A stretch of DNA of 64,000 nucleotides from an uncultured Bdellovibrionales bacterium (GCA_964500505.1 CAZCNN010000002.1:4081-68080); one strand, 5' to 3'. Counted from the first letter of the stretch, positions 46,218-56,437 are shown. Made by a program: numbers and translations. Notes: generated from the letters alone by a model not told the origin.

Positions 46218-48344
46218 ATGAAATTTTGGCCCTTCAACAAAAAAGAGACGAACACGCCGGCACCTCTCGCTAACGAGGTTCCGTCTGTACCACGACACTG
46301 GGGCGTCATGGGCTGGCTGAGGCATGCTGGAGACTTCTTCCGCCACAGTTTCATGCGGATTTTCATGTTTATCCTCCTCATTCTGGTTTATATTTTTGCC
46401 AAGATTGCCTTTCATATCTGGTACTTCCGAGTCCTGTGGCGTGAAAAGCATAGCTCGAATCAGGATGCGGATGCGATGGGGACACCCTCGGAAATACTCT
46501 TTTCTCGTTTTTCGAGTCGACTTTTTCGGTTCTTTCATACGGCGAGTGGGGAGAGTATCGACAAGATTAATCTCATAGAGATTGCTATCCGCAACATGAA
46601 AGGAAAAAAGACTCGTACGGCGGTCACGATTGGTGGTATGGCCATAGGTATCGGGTCTATTGTGTTCCTCGTCTCTATCGGCTATGGTCTCCAGCGGTTA
46701 GTGATTTCTCAGGTGGCCAAACTGGAAGAAATGCAACAGGCCGATGTCTCGCTCCAACCTGGGGGCAAGATCAAAATCAGTGACGACACCATCAATGATT
46801 TTGCGCAAATTCCCAATGTACGGTCGGTGGCGCCACTTATTGGCGTCGTCGGCAGGGTCAACTATCAGAATTCTATCTCAGATATGGCGGTCTATGGTGT
46901 CACAGGAGAATACCTCAAGCAGTCCGCTATCAGACCAGTGCAAGGGAAGTTCTTTGAGAGTAATGACCTAGTCCTCTCATCGGGCGGAAGTGAGAGCGTG
47001 ACGCCAACTCGAGAGATTCCCAAAAAATCAGGCGATACGATCGGTGACATCGCTTTTTCTGGCAATGGACTCAATTGGGTACGGTTGAGAGAGGATCCAG
47101 ATTCGGATGCTCCGCTTTTGGGGTACGGCAAGGTAGAAACTTCCGAAGTGTTTGGGGCGATGGTGTGGGGTGGGAGCTACACCGCCAAGGACGAGTTCGG
47201 GAATGCTGCGACCGATGCCAATGGCAAAGCGCTTGGCAAGTGGGTTCGCGCGAGCTTCTCGGTGTTCGAAGAAACAGCGTGTTCCGAGACCGAGACAGAC
47301 TGTGTCGGGGGTACCTATCTCCTCCTTCGTGATGAAAACAATGACCCAGTGGTGAAGCAGGGTTACTTTGCGGTGACTGATGATTGGCTGGTTCTTCGTG
47401 AGCCGACCGCCAAGGAACTGGCGGAGCTCTCACAAGGGGGCGGTACTCTCCCGACGCTCAATATCAAGGATTCGGGTGACGGCTGGGTAGAGGTCGAAGG
47501 TGAGGGTGAAGTCACTGCCGAAGAAGCCGTTGAGCGCGTCGCTCTCTCATCGAGTGCTAAGCGCGAGGCCGTCGTCAGTCGGGCGATGCTCCGTATCCTC
47601 TCCATTGATGAGGCGACGGCAGTGGGGCAGACGTTCAATACCAGTTTTGTGATTACGAGTTCTCTCCTCCCGGACAGTCAGAAAAAAGTCGAGTCGGTTT
47701 CAGCTGATTATACGATTGTCGCCGTGATTCCTGAGGACAAAAGCCCGATATTTTATGTGCCCTTTATTGATCTCCGAGGTCTCGGTATCGAGTACTACTC
47801 TCAGGTCAAGATCACCGCAGCGAGCCAGGAAGTGCTCTCTGATGTACGGAAGCAGGTGGAGGGTATGGGCTATGTCACCACATCGGTCGCTGATACCGTC
47901 AGTCAGATTAATTCTTTTTTTGCCAGTGCTCGCATCATCCTCGGACTCCTCGGCATGGTGGCGCTTGGGGTGGCGGCGCTCGGAATGTTTAACACTCTCA
48001 CCGTGTCGCTCCTCGAGCGTACCCGTGAAGTTGGTCTCATGAAGGCTATCGGGATGAAATCAGTTGAGGTGCAGGAACTCTTTTTGACCGAGTCGATGGT
48101 AATGGCGTTCTTCGGTGGTATCTTGGGTCTCTTGGTCGGGCTCATTGGGGGCAAGGCCCTCGGGGCTGGACTCTCACTCCTCGCCATCTTCAAGGGAGCG
48201 GGAGCTATCGATGTCTCTTATATCCCACCATCGTTTATCGTGGCTATTCTGATTTTCTCCCTCATCGTCGGTATCGTCACTGGTATCTATCCAGCAAGAA
48301 GAGCGACCAGTATCTCAGCCTTGAATGCCCTCCGGTATGAATAA
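46218..48344 (+). CDS. ABC transporter permease (MacB/FtsX family) with a large extracytoplasmic insert
   Basis: RTAVTIGGMAIG, LERTREVGLMKAIG, YPARRA...ALRYE. Confidence 0.92.
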   Translation: MKFWPFNKKETNTPAPLANEVPSVPRHWGVMGWLRHAGDFFRHSFMRIFMFILLILVYIFAKIAFHIWYFRVLWREKHSSNQDADAMGTPSEILFSRFSSRLFRFFHTASGESIDKINLIEIAIRNMKGKKTRTAVTIGGMAIGIGSIVFLVSIGYGLQRLVISQVAKLEEMQQADVSLQPGGKIKISDDTINDFAQIPNVRSVAPLIGVVGRVNYQNSISDMAVYGVTGEYLKQSAIRPVQGKFFESNDLVLSSGGSESVTPTREIPKKSGDTIGDIAFSGNGLNWVRLREDPDSDAPLLGYGKVETSEVFGAMVWGGSYTAKDEFGNAATDANGKALGKWVRASFSVFEETACSETETDCVGGTYLLLRDENNDPVVKQGYFAVTDDWLVLREPTAKELAELSQGGGTLPTLNIKDSGDGWVEVEGEGEVTAEEAVERVALSSSAKREAVVSRAMLRILSIDEATAVGQTFNTSFVITSSLLPDSQKKVESVSADYTIVAVIPEDKSPIFYVPFIDLRGLGIEYYSQVKITAASQEVLSDVRKQVEGMGYVTTSVADTVSQINSFFASARIILGLLGMVALGVAALGMFNTLTVSLLERTREVGLMKAIGMKSVEVQELFLTESMVMAFFGGILGLLVGLIGGKALGAGLSLLAIFKGAGAIDVSYIPPSFIVAILIFSLIVGIVTGIYPARRATSISALNALRYE

Positions 48345-48386
48345 TTCATGTTAGAATAAGAGTAACTCGTGTAATATCTATTTTCT

Positions 48387-48833
48387 ATGGAAGTCCGCGA
48401 TATCATGACGACCAATATCATCTCCGTCAAGCCGACCAGTTCGGCTCAGGCGGTAGCTGACCTCATTACCCAGCACAAGATTCATGCTGTGCCTATCGTG
48501 AATGAACTCTTTGAACTGCAGGGTATCGTGGCGGAAGGAGACTTTTTTTATGGCCGGTCGGGTCCAGTATCGATGGCGTCGTACCTCGTGGGTCGGCTGA
48601 CCGCCAAAAAGGGGACGGTTGAGGGCAAGTCTCTGTCCGAGATCACCGTGGGAGAGATTATGACATCGCCCTGCATCTCTATCCTCCCAACCCTCTCGGT
48701 TGAGGAGGCAGGATGTCTCTGTGTCGAGAAGAATTTTAATACTATCCCCGTGGCCGATGAGGGTGGTACGCTCCTTGGTATCGTGACGGCTCACGATATC
48801 TTGAAAGCGCTCCTTCCCCAGTGCCAACGTTGA
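48387..48833 (+). CDS. CBS-pair protein
   Basis: VRDIMT, HAVPIV..GIV, VGEIMT, IPVAD..LGIVT. Confidence 0.9.
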   Translation: MEVRDIMTTNIISVKPTSSAQAVADLITQHKIHAVPIVNELFELQGIVAEGDFFYGRSGPVSMASYLVGRLTAKKGTVEGKSLSEITVGEIMTSPCISILPTLSVEEAGCLCVEKNFNTIPVADEGGTLLGIVTAHDILKALLPQCQR

Positions 48834-48850
48834 TATTTATAGATTATTTT

Positions 48851-50257
48851 ATGAAGCTTTCATTTCGGACCAAAATATACGGGAGTATCATTGTAACGGC
48901 GACATTCGCCTTCTCGGTGCTTTGTCTTTACCTGTGGTTTGCTGAAGAAAAAACCCTTGAGGAGCTTCAGGTATCCGATGCCAAGAATCGTTTGGCCACG
49001 CTGAGTCGTCTTGTTGAAAACGAGCTAGAACATCAGGTGAAGAAGCAAGCGGACTGGGCTCGTTGGGATGATACGTATCAGTTTGTGACAGACAAAAACG
49101 ACGCCTTTATTCTCTCCAACATGAACGATGAGTCGCTCAAGCTGATTGAGATTAACATGATGGCGTTTGTGAACAATGCTGGCGAGCTCGTCTATGGGAA
49201 GCAAGTCTACTCTGGCGAGCCAGGGGTACGGAGCATACCTGAAGAGTTCTCCAAGATGTTTACTGGCGAGAGCGCCCTTCTTGATTTTGACGAACTTATT
49301 TCTGACAAAAAGGGAATTCTGGTGACGCCTGATCATTTGCTCCTCGTGACGGCTCAGCCGATTACCACGAGTGATGGCAAGGGAGCAAGACGAGGGACGC
49401 TCATCTTTGCTCGTTATATTGATGACCAATATATTGACTCACTCAGTCAACTTTCGGGGCTCAATGTCTCGTTTCGGCCGTATGGATTCACGTCTCAGGC
49501 TGGAGATGCGATGCTTCGACGTGGCGTGCCGTTAGTGACGGTCAAGGAAGAGTTGGTAGAGGGGAGCCTCCTTATGGACAATATATTTGGCAATCCTTCG
49601 CTCACGCTTGGTGTCACGTATCCGGGCGAGATAATCGAAGGTGGGCACACCACAGTAGCACGGACGTTGGGGTCGCTCTTTCCTGGATTTCTCGTGTATC
49701 TGAGTCTTACCCTTTTGTGCATTGAAGTCTTTCTCGTTCGGCGTATTGAGCGTATTCGTGAGACGGTACGTCAGGTCAATGCCCTTCATCCTGGTGGGGC
49801 CGAGAAAGGTGACCTCGAGGATTTCTCATATCTGGCGACCGTCATGGCGGGTGCGATCGAAAAAGTTCGTCAGTCAGATGAACTCGCTGACGTCACGTGG
49901 AACGAAATTGCCAAGTTCCGCGTGGCTCTTGACCAGAGTTTTGATCACATGGTCATCACTGATGTAGACGGCAAGATCCTCTATGCCAACACCGCGGCCG
50001 AAAAGTTGACGGGGTACTCTCGTATTGAGATGCAGGGGAAGACGCCGGCCCTCTGGGGGCGCCAGATGCCACGGGAGTTCTATGAGAAATTTTGGGATTT
50101 GATCCGACGAGAAAAAAAGCCTTTTGAGGGTGTGGTCAAGAATAAACGAAAGGACGGGACGATTTATCAGGCCGAAGTGCGAGTAACGCCGGTCCTCGAT
50201 GATAAGAAACGAATTCTCTATTTTATTGGTGTCGAGCGTCCAGCCAAGCCGTGTTGA
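48851..50257 (+). CDS. Membrane sensor, CHASE4 + PAS, no output domain
   Basis: DWARWDDTYQF and GTLIFAR (CHASE4); ITDVDGKILYAN...NKRKDG (PAS); stop directly after PAS. Confidence 0.85.
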   Translation: MKLSFRTKIYGSIIVTATFAFSVLCLYLWFAEEKTLEELQVSDAKNRLATLSRLVENELEHQVKKQADWARWDDTYQFVTDKNDAFILSNMNDESLKLIEINMMAFVNNAGELVYGKQVYSGEPGVRSIPEEFSKMFTGESALLDFDELISDKKGILVTPDHLLLVTAQPITTSDGKGARRGTLIFARYIDDQYIDSLSQLSGLNVSFRPYGFTSQAGDAMLRRGVPLVTVKEELVEGSLLMDNIFGNPSLTLGVTYPGEIIEGGHTTVARTLGSLFPGFLVYLSLTLLCIEVFLVRRIERIRETVRQVNALHPGGAEKGDLEDFSYLATVMAGAIEKVRQSDELADVTWNEIAKFRVALDQSFDHMVITDVDGKILYANTAAEKLTGYSRIEMQGKTPALWGRQMPREFYEKFWDLIRREKKPFEGVVKNKRKDGTIYQAEVRVTPVLDDKKRILYFIGVERPAKPC

Positions 50258-50308
50258 GTACCAAATATTTGAAGGCCCAAGGGAGACTCTCGGGTTGTTT
50301 TGCGTATC

Positions 50309-50349
50309 TTGACGACATAAATTTAGCAATCTATAATTGAGAGTGCTAA
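50309..50349 (+). promoter_or_regulatory. groEL promoter overlapped by a CIRCE (HrcA operator)
   Basis: TTGACG-17 nt-TATAAT; TTAGCAATC-N9-GAGTGCTAA at 50323-50349. Confidence 0.9.
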
Positions 50350-50367
50350 TGAAGTAATGATAAACAC

Positions 50368-52020
50368 ATGTCCAAACAGATAGCATATGGTGTCGATGCT
50401 CGTAAGAAAATCAAAGCAGGCATTGATCAGGTAGCGGAAGCGGTCAAAGTGACGCTTGGTCCGAAAGGACGTAACGTGATTTTGGGTAAGAGCTATGGTG
50501 GTCCGACTATCACCAATGATGGTGTTTCAATCGCCAAAGAAATAGAATTGGCCGATAAGCTCGAGAACCTCGGGGCCAGTCTCGTGAAGCAGGTAGCCGA
50601 AAAGACGAACGATGTCGCTGGTGATGGGACGACCACGGCGACTGTCATCACCCAGGCTCTCGTCCGGGATGGCCTCCGTGCGGTGGAAGCCGGGGCCAAT
50701 CCGGTCTCAGCACGCCATGGTATGGAAGAGGCCAAGGATGACTTGGTAACGCTCCTTAAGGGGAGTCGCAAGACGATGAACTCCAAAAAGGAAGTAGCTC
50801 AGGTGGCGACTATCTCTGCCGAATCAGCTGAGATGGGCAATCTCATCGCCGAAGTGATGGATATGGTAGGGCAGGATGGTGTGGTCACTACGGAAGAGTC
50901 GCAAACCTTTGGATTGTCCAAAGAAGTGGTTGAGGGAATGAATTTTGACAAGGGCTATATCTCACCGTATTTCATGACCAATGCAGAGGATCAACGGGCA
51001 GAGCTCATGAGTCCTACTATCCTCATAACGGATAAAAAGATTTCGGCCATAGCTGAGATTGTCCCGGTCCTCAATGAACTGGCCAAGACTGGTAAAAAGG
51101 ATATCGTCATCATTGCCGAAGACGTGGATGGGGAGGCCTTGGCCACACTCGTGGTGAACAAGCTCCGGGGAGTACTCAACGTATTGGCGCTCAAAGCACC
51201 GGACTATGGCGAAACGCGCAAAGCGATCCTTGAGGATATCGCCATTTTGACCGGGGCTCAAGTCATATCGGGAGACAAGGGGATGAAGCTTGAGGCAACC
51301 ACGCTCTCGATGCTCGGTTCTGCCCAAAAGGTCATCGCCACCAAGGACGACACTACCATTGTCGGAGGCAAAGGTACCAAGAAGGCCATCTCGAGACGGA
51401 TTGAAGAGCTGAAGGCACTGGTTGCGAAAGCCAAGAATGAGTACGAAGGTGAGAAATTACGCAAGCGCTTGGCCAAACTCACTGGTGGCGTAGCAGTCAT
51501 CCGAGTAGGGGCCGCGACTGAGACCGAACTCACCTACATGAAGCACAAGATGGAAGACGCGGTGGCCGCGACCAAGGCTGCTATCGAAGAGGGAATTGTC
51601 GCAGGCGGTGGGACTGCCCTTGTCAAAGCCTCCGTCAAAGCGCTTGAGGCGGTGAAGAAGCGTCGGGAATTTTCCGATCCAGACTACGCAGATTGGAAAG
51701 CGGGATACCTCGCGGTCCTCTCGGCCGTCAATGAACCACTCATGCAGATGGTGCGAAACGCTGGTGGTCATGAGCAAGTGGTGTTTGATAGAGTTGCTTC
51801 GGCCAAGACGGCCTACAGTGGGTATAATGTCCTCTCCGCTACGTATGAGGATGACATGCTCAAGGCGGGCATCATTGATCCGCTCAAGGTCACTCGTTCG
51901 GCTCTCGAGAATGCTGTCTCGGTGGCAGCGCTCCTCCTCACCACGGAAGCAGCCGTGGTCGAAGAAGAGAAGCCAGAGTCGCCGGCCCCGAGTATTCCCG
52001 GGATGGGTATGGGGATGTAG
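50368..52020 (+). CDS. groL: Chaperonin GroEL
   Basis: TLGPKGRN, TNDGV, GDGTTTAT, FDKGYISPYF, GMGMGM tail. Confidence 0.97.
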   Translation: MSKQIAYGVDARKKIKAGIDQVAEAVKVTLGPKGRNVILGKSYGGPTITNDGVSIAKEIELADKLENLGASLVKQVAEKTNDVAGDGTTTATVITQALVRDGLRAVEAGANPVSARHGMEEAKDDLVTLLKGSRKTMNSKKEVAQVATISAESAEMGNLIAEVMDMVGQDGVVTTEESQTFGLSKEVVEGMNFDKGYISPYFMTNAEDQRAELMSPTILITDKKISAIAEIVPVLNELAKTGKKDIVIIAEDVDGEALATLVVNKLRGVLNVLALKAPDYGETRKAILEDIAILTGAQVISGDKGMKLEATTLSMLGSAQKVIATKDDTTIVGGKGTKKAISRRIEELKALVAKAKNEYEGEKLRKRLAKLTGGVAVIRVGAATETELTYMKHKMEDAVAATKAAIEEGIVAGGGTALVKASVKALEAVKKRREFSDPDYADWKAGYLAVLSAVNEPLMQMVRNAGGHEQVVFDRVASAKTAYSGYNVLSATYEDDMLKAGIIDPLKVTRSALENAVSVAALLLTTEAAVVEEEKPESPAPSIPGMGMGM

Positions 52021-52051
52021 TATGTAGAATGTTGAATGAAGAGAAATGGTA

Positions 52052-52078
52052 AAAAGAGGCTCAGTAGAGCCTCTTTTC
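52052..52078 (+). terminator. Rho-independent terminator of groL
   Basis: AAAAGAGGCTC-AGTA-GAGCCTCTTTT. Confidence 0.85.
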
Positions 52079-52186
52079 TGTATCATTTGGCAAAAATACT
52101 ACAACAGTATACAGTAGAAATGTTTTGGGAAACTCCCAAACCGTTCAGTGATGGACGAAACGCACGTTTGAAAAGGAGACTTTCTC

Positions 52187-52801
52187 ATGACTCCCTCGAC
52201 TCCTCCTGATACAGCGTACTTCACCTGCAAGCAGGTGGTGCTACTGCCGTCTGGTCGGGTGCATCGGGGCATCACAGCCAAGCTTTTTCCAAGTACCTAC
52301 TTCAGTGCCTGGAGCAGAAAGGAACTCACTCCCGATCTGCGACTCGACATCGGTACTCGCGTGTCGCGCTTGGTGCTACCGACCCTTGACCCAGTCGAGG
52401 TCACTCATATCCCTGTTCGGCGGGCAGCCTTCTGCTGGTGGCCCCGTCAGGGCGTTCCGGTGACCTGGGGCGATGTCTATCGGAGTTTCCCGCGGCACGG
52501 TGTGAAGCCCGACGATCACCAGGTGACTCCTTGGCAGTATCTTCAGGAACTCGCCTTCGGCTGGGACTCTGTTCCAGCTATTATCCCACGCAACGATCGT
52601 GGGGCACTGTTTATGCTCGGCGATGCTGGCTGTGACAAGCCCACGCCATCGGGAGCAATGGTCAGGGGGAAGGAAAAATTTCTGGTACAACTCAGTTTCT
52701 TCACCCCGGTGAGCGTGGCTACTTGGACGCTGGGATTGCCGGATCGAGAGACGAGTGACCAGATTCTGCCCCCAGATATGACTATCATCACTGTTGAATG
52801 A
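52187..52801 (+). CDS. Hypothetical protein
   Basis: AAAGGAG RBS, 204-aa ORF, hairpin and T-tract downstream. Confidence 0.55.
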   Translation: MTPSTPPDTAYFTCKQVVLLPSGRVHRGITAKLFPSTYFSAWSRKELTPDLRLDIGTRVSRLVLPTLDPVEVTHIPVRRAAFCWWPRQGVPVTWGDVYRSFPRHGVKPDDHQVTPWQYLQELAFGWDSVPAIIPRNDRGALFMLGDAGCDKPTPSGAMVRGKEKFLVQLSFFTPVSVATWTLGLPDRETSDQILPPDMTIITVE

Positions 52802-52906
52802 GTGATGGGTCGCCACTCCTCCTCCTTGTCTGCGGACCGGGCAGGAGTTTTTTCTTTTTTTGGCTCTGTTCCTATGCTATACTTGAAACAAATACAGATA
52901 CAAAAC

Positions 52907-53040
52907 CATGCCCGGTAGTGAGATTTCGACCAAGCATCTTTTGTTGATTACCTATCGCGAGCATGTCTGTAAAAATAAAGTAAACAGGTAGTTTTTGACA
53001 TTTCGTTTTGAAACTGTCGAAATTCTACTGACCGGGTATG
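52907..53040 (+). promoter_or_regulatory. Long leader hairpin sequestering the pilB-like start codon, containing a 27-aa uORF (52908-52991)
   Basis: CATGCCCGGT...ATTTCGAC pairs with GTCGAAAT...ACCGGGTATG; extended -10 TGCTATACT at 52875-52883. Confidence 0.55.
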
Positions 53041-54786
53041 CGCATTGAACTCAAACAACTGGAGCAGTTTTTGCTTGATTCGAGTCTCGTCCCGAAGGAT
53101 AGTCTGACGGAGGCGGTGGTGCTTGCCCAAAAAGAACAAAAAGACTTGGGAGCGCTCCTCCTCGAAAAAAATCTCATCAAAGAGGCGGATCTCCAAAAGA
53201 CCTACGCCTATATTCTCGGGTTTCCGTTTGTTGATCTCTCCCGTGAGGCCGTCCCGATTGAGATTCTTCAGATTGTCCCAGAGCTGATTGCCAAAAAATA
53301 CAATATTGTTTCGTTTGAAAAGAGCGGGACCAATTTGAAGGTGGCCATGCTCAATCCTGATGACCTCCAGACAATCGATTTCATCAAGAAAAAAACGGGA
53401 CTCAAGATTGTGCCGTGCCTCACCAGTCGGGAGAGTATCCAGAGTGTCCTCCGGCAGTACGGCAAGAGTCTCGAGGCCGAGTTCGGCGATATTTTGACTG
53501 CCGATGTGAAGACTGAGGGAGAAGGAGAGGATGGACAGAACCTCGAGGCAGTCGCAGCCGGACTCCCAGTCATCCGAGTCGTTGATACGCTCCTGAAGCA
53601 CGCCATCCTCCAGTCGGCGAGTGATATTCATATCGAACCTGAAGAAAAAGAGGTCCACGTGCGCTACCGCATCGATGGAGTGCTCCACGATGCGATGACC
53701 CTTCCCAAGGATGTGGCGCTCGGGCTCGTGGCTCGTATTAAGGTCCTTTCCAATCTGAAACTCGATGAGCATCGACTGCCTCAGGACGGTCGCTTCAAGA
53801 TTGAAAAGGACGATTACAAGATTTCCTTTCGGGTGAGCATCCTCCCAGTGTTTGATGGTGAGAAGATCGTCATGCGTCTCCTCGATGAATCCTCCAAGGG
53901 ACTGACACTTGAGAAGATGGGACTGAACGGTCAGGCACTCGAAGCCGTGCATCGGGAAATCAACAAGCCAAACGGCATGATCCTCGTGACTGGTCCGACC
54001 GGTTCCGGGAAGACGACGACCTTGTATACGGTCATGGATATCCTGAACACGCCCGAGGTCAATGTCTCGACCGTTGAAGACCCAGTCGAATATCGGATGC
54101 CTCGGGTCAACCAGACTCAGATTCAGCCCAAAGTTGGCATGACCTTTGCCGCTGCGCTCCGGGCTCTCCTCCGGCAGGACCCGGATATCATCATGGTCGG
54201 TGAAATCCGTGACCAGGAGACGCTTGAGATCGCTATGCATGCCGCGATGACTGGTCACCTCGTCCTCTCGACTCTCCACACCAACTCGGCCGCGGCTACC
54301 CTCCCACGTATGCTCGATATGGGAGCGGAGCCGTTTCTCATTGCCTCGACCGTAAACGTCATCATCGCTCAGCGTCTGGTTCGTCGTCTCTGCCCCGAAT
54401 GTCGGGCCGAGTACAAGCTCGAGAAGAAAGAAATTGAGTTACTTGGTAAGTCCTACAATTTGGATGCGGTCTTTGAATACCTGAAAAAAGCCCCGGAGAG
54501 CAAGAAGTTTGTGGAAGCAGCTAAGTCTTGGGAAGAGGTGTCGTTTTACAAGGCGGCCGGGTGTGACCAGTGTGGCGGTGAGGGGTACCGGGGACGAAAC
54601 GGTATCTATGAGGTGCTCGCTATGGATACCAATATCCGCAAACTCGTGACCCAGGCCGCGACGACCGAAGAGATAGAGACGGAAGCGCGCAAGACCGGTA
54701 TGGCTACTATGGTCGAAGATGGATTCTCCAAAATTGTTCAGGGAGTGACCTCACTCGAAGAAGTGATGCGTGCGACGAAAGAGTAG
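53038..54786 (+). CDS. pilB: Type IV pilus/T2SS assembly ATPase (PilB/GspE family)
   Basis: ASDIHIEP, RLPQDGR, GPTGSGKTTT, EDPVEY, LRQDPD, GEIRD, STLHTN, CPEC/CDQC. Confidence 0.9.
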   Translation: MRIELKQLEQFLLDSSLVPKDSLTEAVVLAQKEQKDLGALLLEKNLIKEADLQKTYAYILGFPFVDLSREAVPIEILQIVPELIAKKYNIVSFEKSGTNLKVAMLNPDDLQTIDFIKKKTGLKIVPCLTSRESIQSVLRQYGKSLEAEFGDILTADVKTEGEGEDGQNLEAVAAGLPVIRVVDTLLKHAILQSASDIHIEPEEKEVHVRYRIDGVLHDAMTLPKDVALGLVARIKVLSNLKLDEHRLPQDGRFKIEKDDYKISFRVSILPVFDGEKIVMRLLDESSKGLTLEKMGLNGQALEAVHREINKPNGMILVTGPTGSGKTTTLYTVMDILNTPEVNVSTVEDPVEYRMPRVNQTQIQPKVGMTFAAALRALLRQDPDIIMVGEIRDQETLEIAMHAAMTGHLVLSTLHTNSAAATLPRMLDMGAEPFLIASTVNVIIAQRLVRRLCPECRAEYKLEKKEIELLGKSYNLDAVFEYLKKAPESKKFVEAAKSWEEVSFYKAAGCDQCGGEGYRGRNGIYEVLAMDTNIRKLVTQAATTEEIETEARKTGMATMVEDGFSKIVQGVTSLEEVMRATKE

Positions 54787-54789
54787 AGA

Positions 54790-56289
54790 CTATTCTTTGC
54801 CGAATTCCGTGTGACGGAGTTCACGCCGGATGTGATATTTGGCCGCTGAGGTCTTCACAAAGTCGAGCCAATCCCGGCTCGGCTTTTTTTTGTCTTTGAC
54901 GGTAAGAATCTGGACGACCTGACCATTTTCGATGTGATGATCGAGGGGGACCATCTTGCCGTCGACTTTGGCGCCCGTGGCCCGATGACCGATTTCACTG
55001 TGGATAGCATAGGCGAAGTCAATCGGCGTCGCCTCTTCGGGGAGCTCGATGATATCGCCCTTTGGGGTAAAGGCAAAGATGTGGTTTTTGAAGAATTCAA
55101 TCTTGAGACCCTCAGCAAACTCCTGGTCATCGCGACCGATATCTTTTTGCCATTCTTTGAGCTGGTTTACCCAAGTCAGTTCGCGTGGTGGGGGCGTGCC
55201 AGCTACTTTGCGTCGTGAGAAAATATTGCGCCAGATGGAGCGGGATTTCTCGGTGTAGAGCCAGTGGGCAGCGATACCGTACTCAGCCTCGTCGTGCATC
55301 TTTTGAGTGCGGATCTGGACCTCGAGGATGCGCCCATCTGGACCAAAAATGGTGGTATGGAGCGACTGGTAGCCGTTCGGTTTGGGGAGTGAAATATAGT
55401 CCTTGATGCGACCGACCATAGGACGATACTCACGGTGGATGATACCAAGCGCCTCGTAGCAATCTGCGATCTCAGGGACGATGATGCGGACAGCGACCAG
55501 GTCATAGATACGGGTGATGTCCATATCATGACGCTTGAGCTTTTGGTAGAGTCGATAGAGGTGTTTGGTCCGGCCGGAGATATCAGTGACGCGGATCTTT
55601 TGTTTGGTGAGGACATCTCGGAAGAGGGCAATGGTTTTTTCCATATAGGAGTGACCCTCGTGGAGGTAGGTTTCTTCGAGTTGTCTTGTTTCCTCGTAGT
55701 GGAGAGGGTCGAGGTACTTGAAGCACAGATCCTCGAGCTCGCCTTTGATCTCGCCGATACCGAGACGGTTGGCGATGGGGGCATAGATCTCGAGGGTCTC
55801 GCGCGCGATGCGCTCTTGTTTCTCGGGGGGGAGATGCTCGAGAGTGCGCATATTGTGGAGGCGATCGGCGAGCTTGATGATGACGACCCGGATGTCCTCG
55901 GCCATGGCGAGAAACATCTTGCGCAGATTCTCGAGATAATACTCTTCCTTGGAGCCACGGAGTTTGATCTTGCCGAGTTTGGTGATGCCATCGACGAGGA
56001 GTCCGATATCAGCGCCAAATTTCTCGCGGACTTCGTCAAGCGTGATAGCAGTGTCTTCGGGGACGTCGTGGAGGAGACCAGCGGCGAGCGTTTTTTCGTC
56101 CATGCCGATTTCAGCCAGAATCTTGGCCACATGGAGCGAGTGGATGATATAGTCTTCGCCGGATTTGCGCTTTTGACCACGGTGGGCCAGTTCAGCAAAG
56201 CTGTAGGCAGACACGATGAACTTTTCCGCCTCCCCCGAGAAGGGGTGGGGAGCTGCCTTGAGTACATCTGTGATGGAGATGGAAGTCAT
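54790..56289 (-). CDS. rel: RelA/SpoT homolog (HD + synthetase + TGS, no ACT domain)
   Basis: LLHDVPED, KLADRLHNMRT, RIKDY, YQSLHT, EVQIRT, TPIDFAY. Confidence 0.93.
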   Translation of the reverse strand: MTSISITDVLKAAPHPFSGEAEKFIVSAYSFAELAHRGQKRKSGEDYIIHSLHVAKILAEIGMDEKTLAAGLLHDVPEDTAITLDEVREKFGADIGLLVDGITKLGKIKLRGSKEEYYLENLRKMFLAMAEDIRVVIIKLADRLHNMRTLEHLPPEKQERIARETLEIYAPIANRLGIGEIKGELEDLCFKYLDPLHYEETRQLEETYLHEGHSYMEKTIALFRDVLTKQKIRVTDISGRTKHLYRLYQKLKRHDMDITRIYDLVAVRIIVPEIADCYEALGIIHREYRPMVGRIKDYISLPKPNGYQSLHTTIFGPDGRILEVQIRTQKMHDEAEYGIAAHWLYTEKSRSIWRNIFSRRKVAGTPPPRELTWVNQLKEWQKDIGRDDQEFAEGLKIEFFKNHIFAFTPKGDIIELPEEATPIDFAYAIHSEIGHRATGAKVDGKMVPLDHHIENGQVVQILTVKDKKKPSRDWLDFVKTSAAKYHIRRELRHTEFGKE

Positions 56290-56437
56290 AGGGAGAGTAT
56301 CAGAGTATCCTCAGTATAACGGGTATTTGTCTCAGGGCAAGCCCTGGCCTAGAGAGCAGGTTCAACGCTAGGTTGCGCGCCTCGCGTTGGGATGAGACTA
56401 TATAGTATACTAAAGGAGGTTCTCATGACCACTCTCC

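Noticed and set aside
52948-54279. 443-aa minus-strand ORF
   Set aside because: Antisense shadow of the pilB-like gene.
55203-56319. 354-aa and 294-aa ORFs overlapping rel
   Set aside because: Alternate-frame and antisense shadows caused by codon bias.
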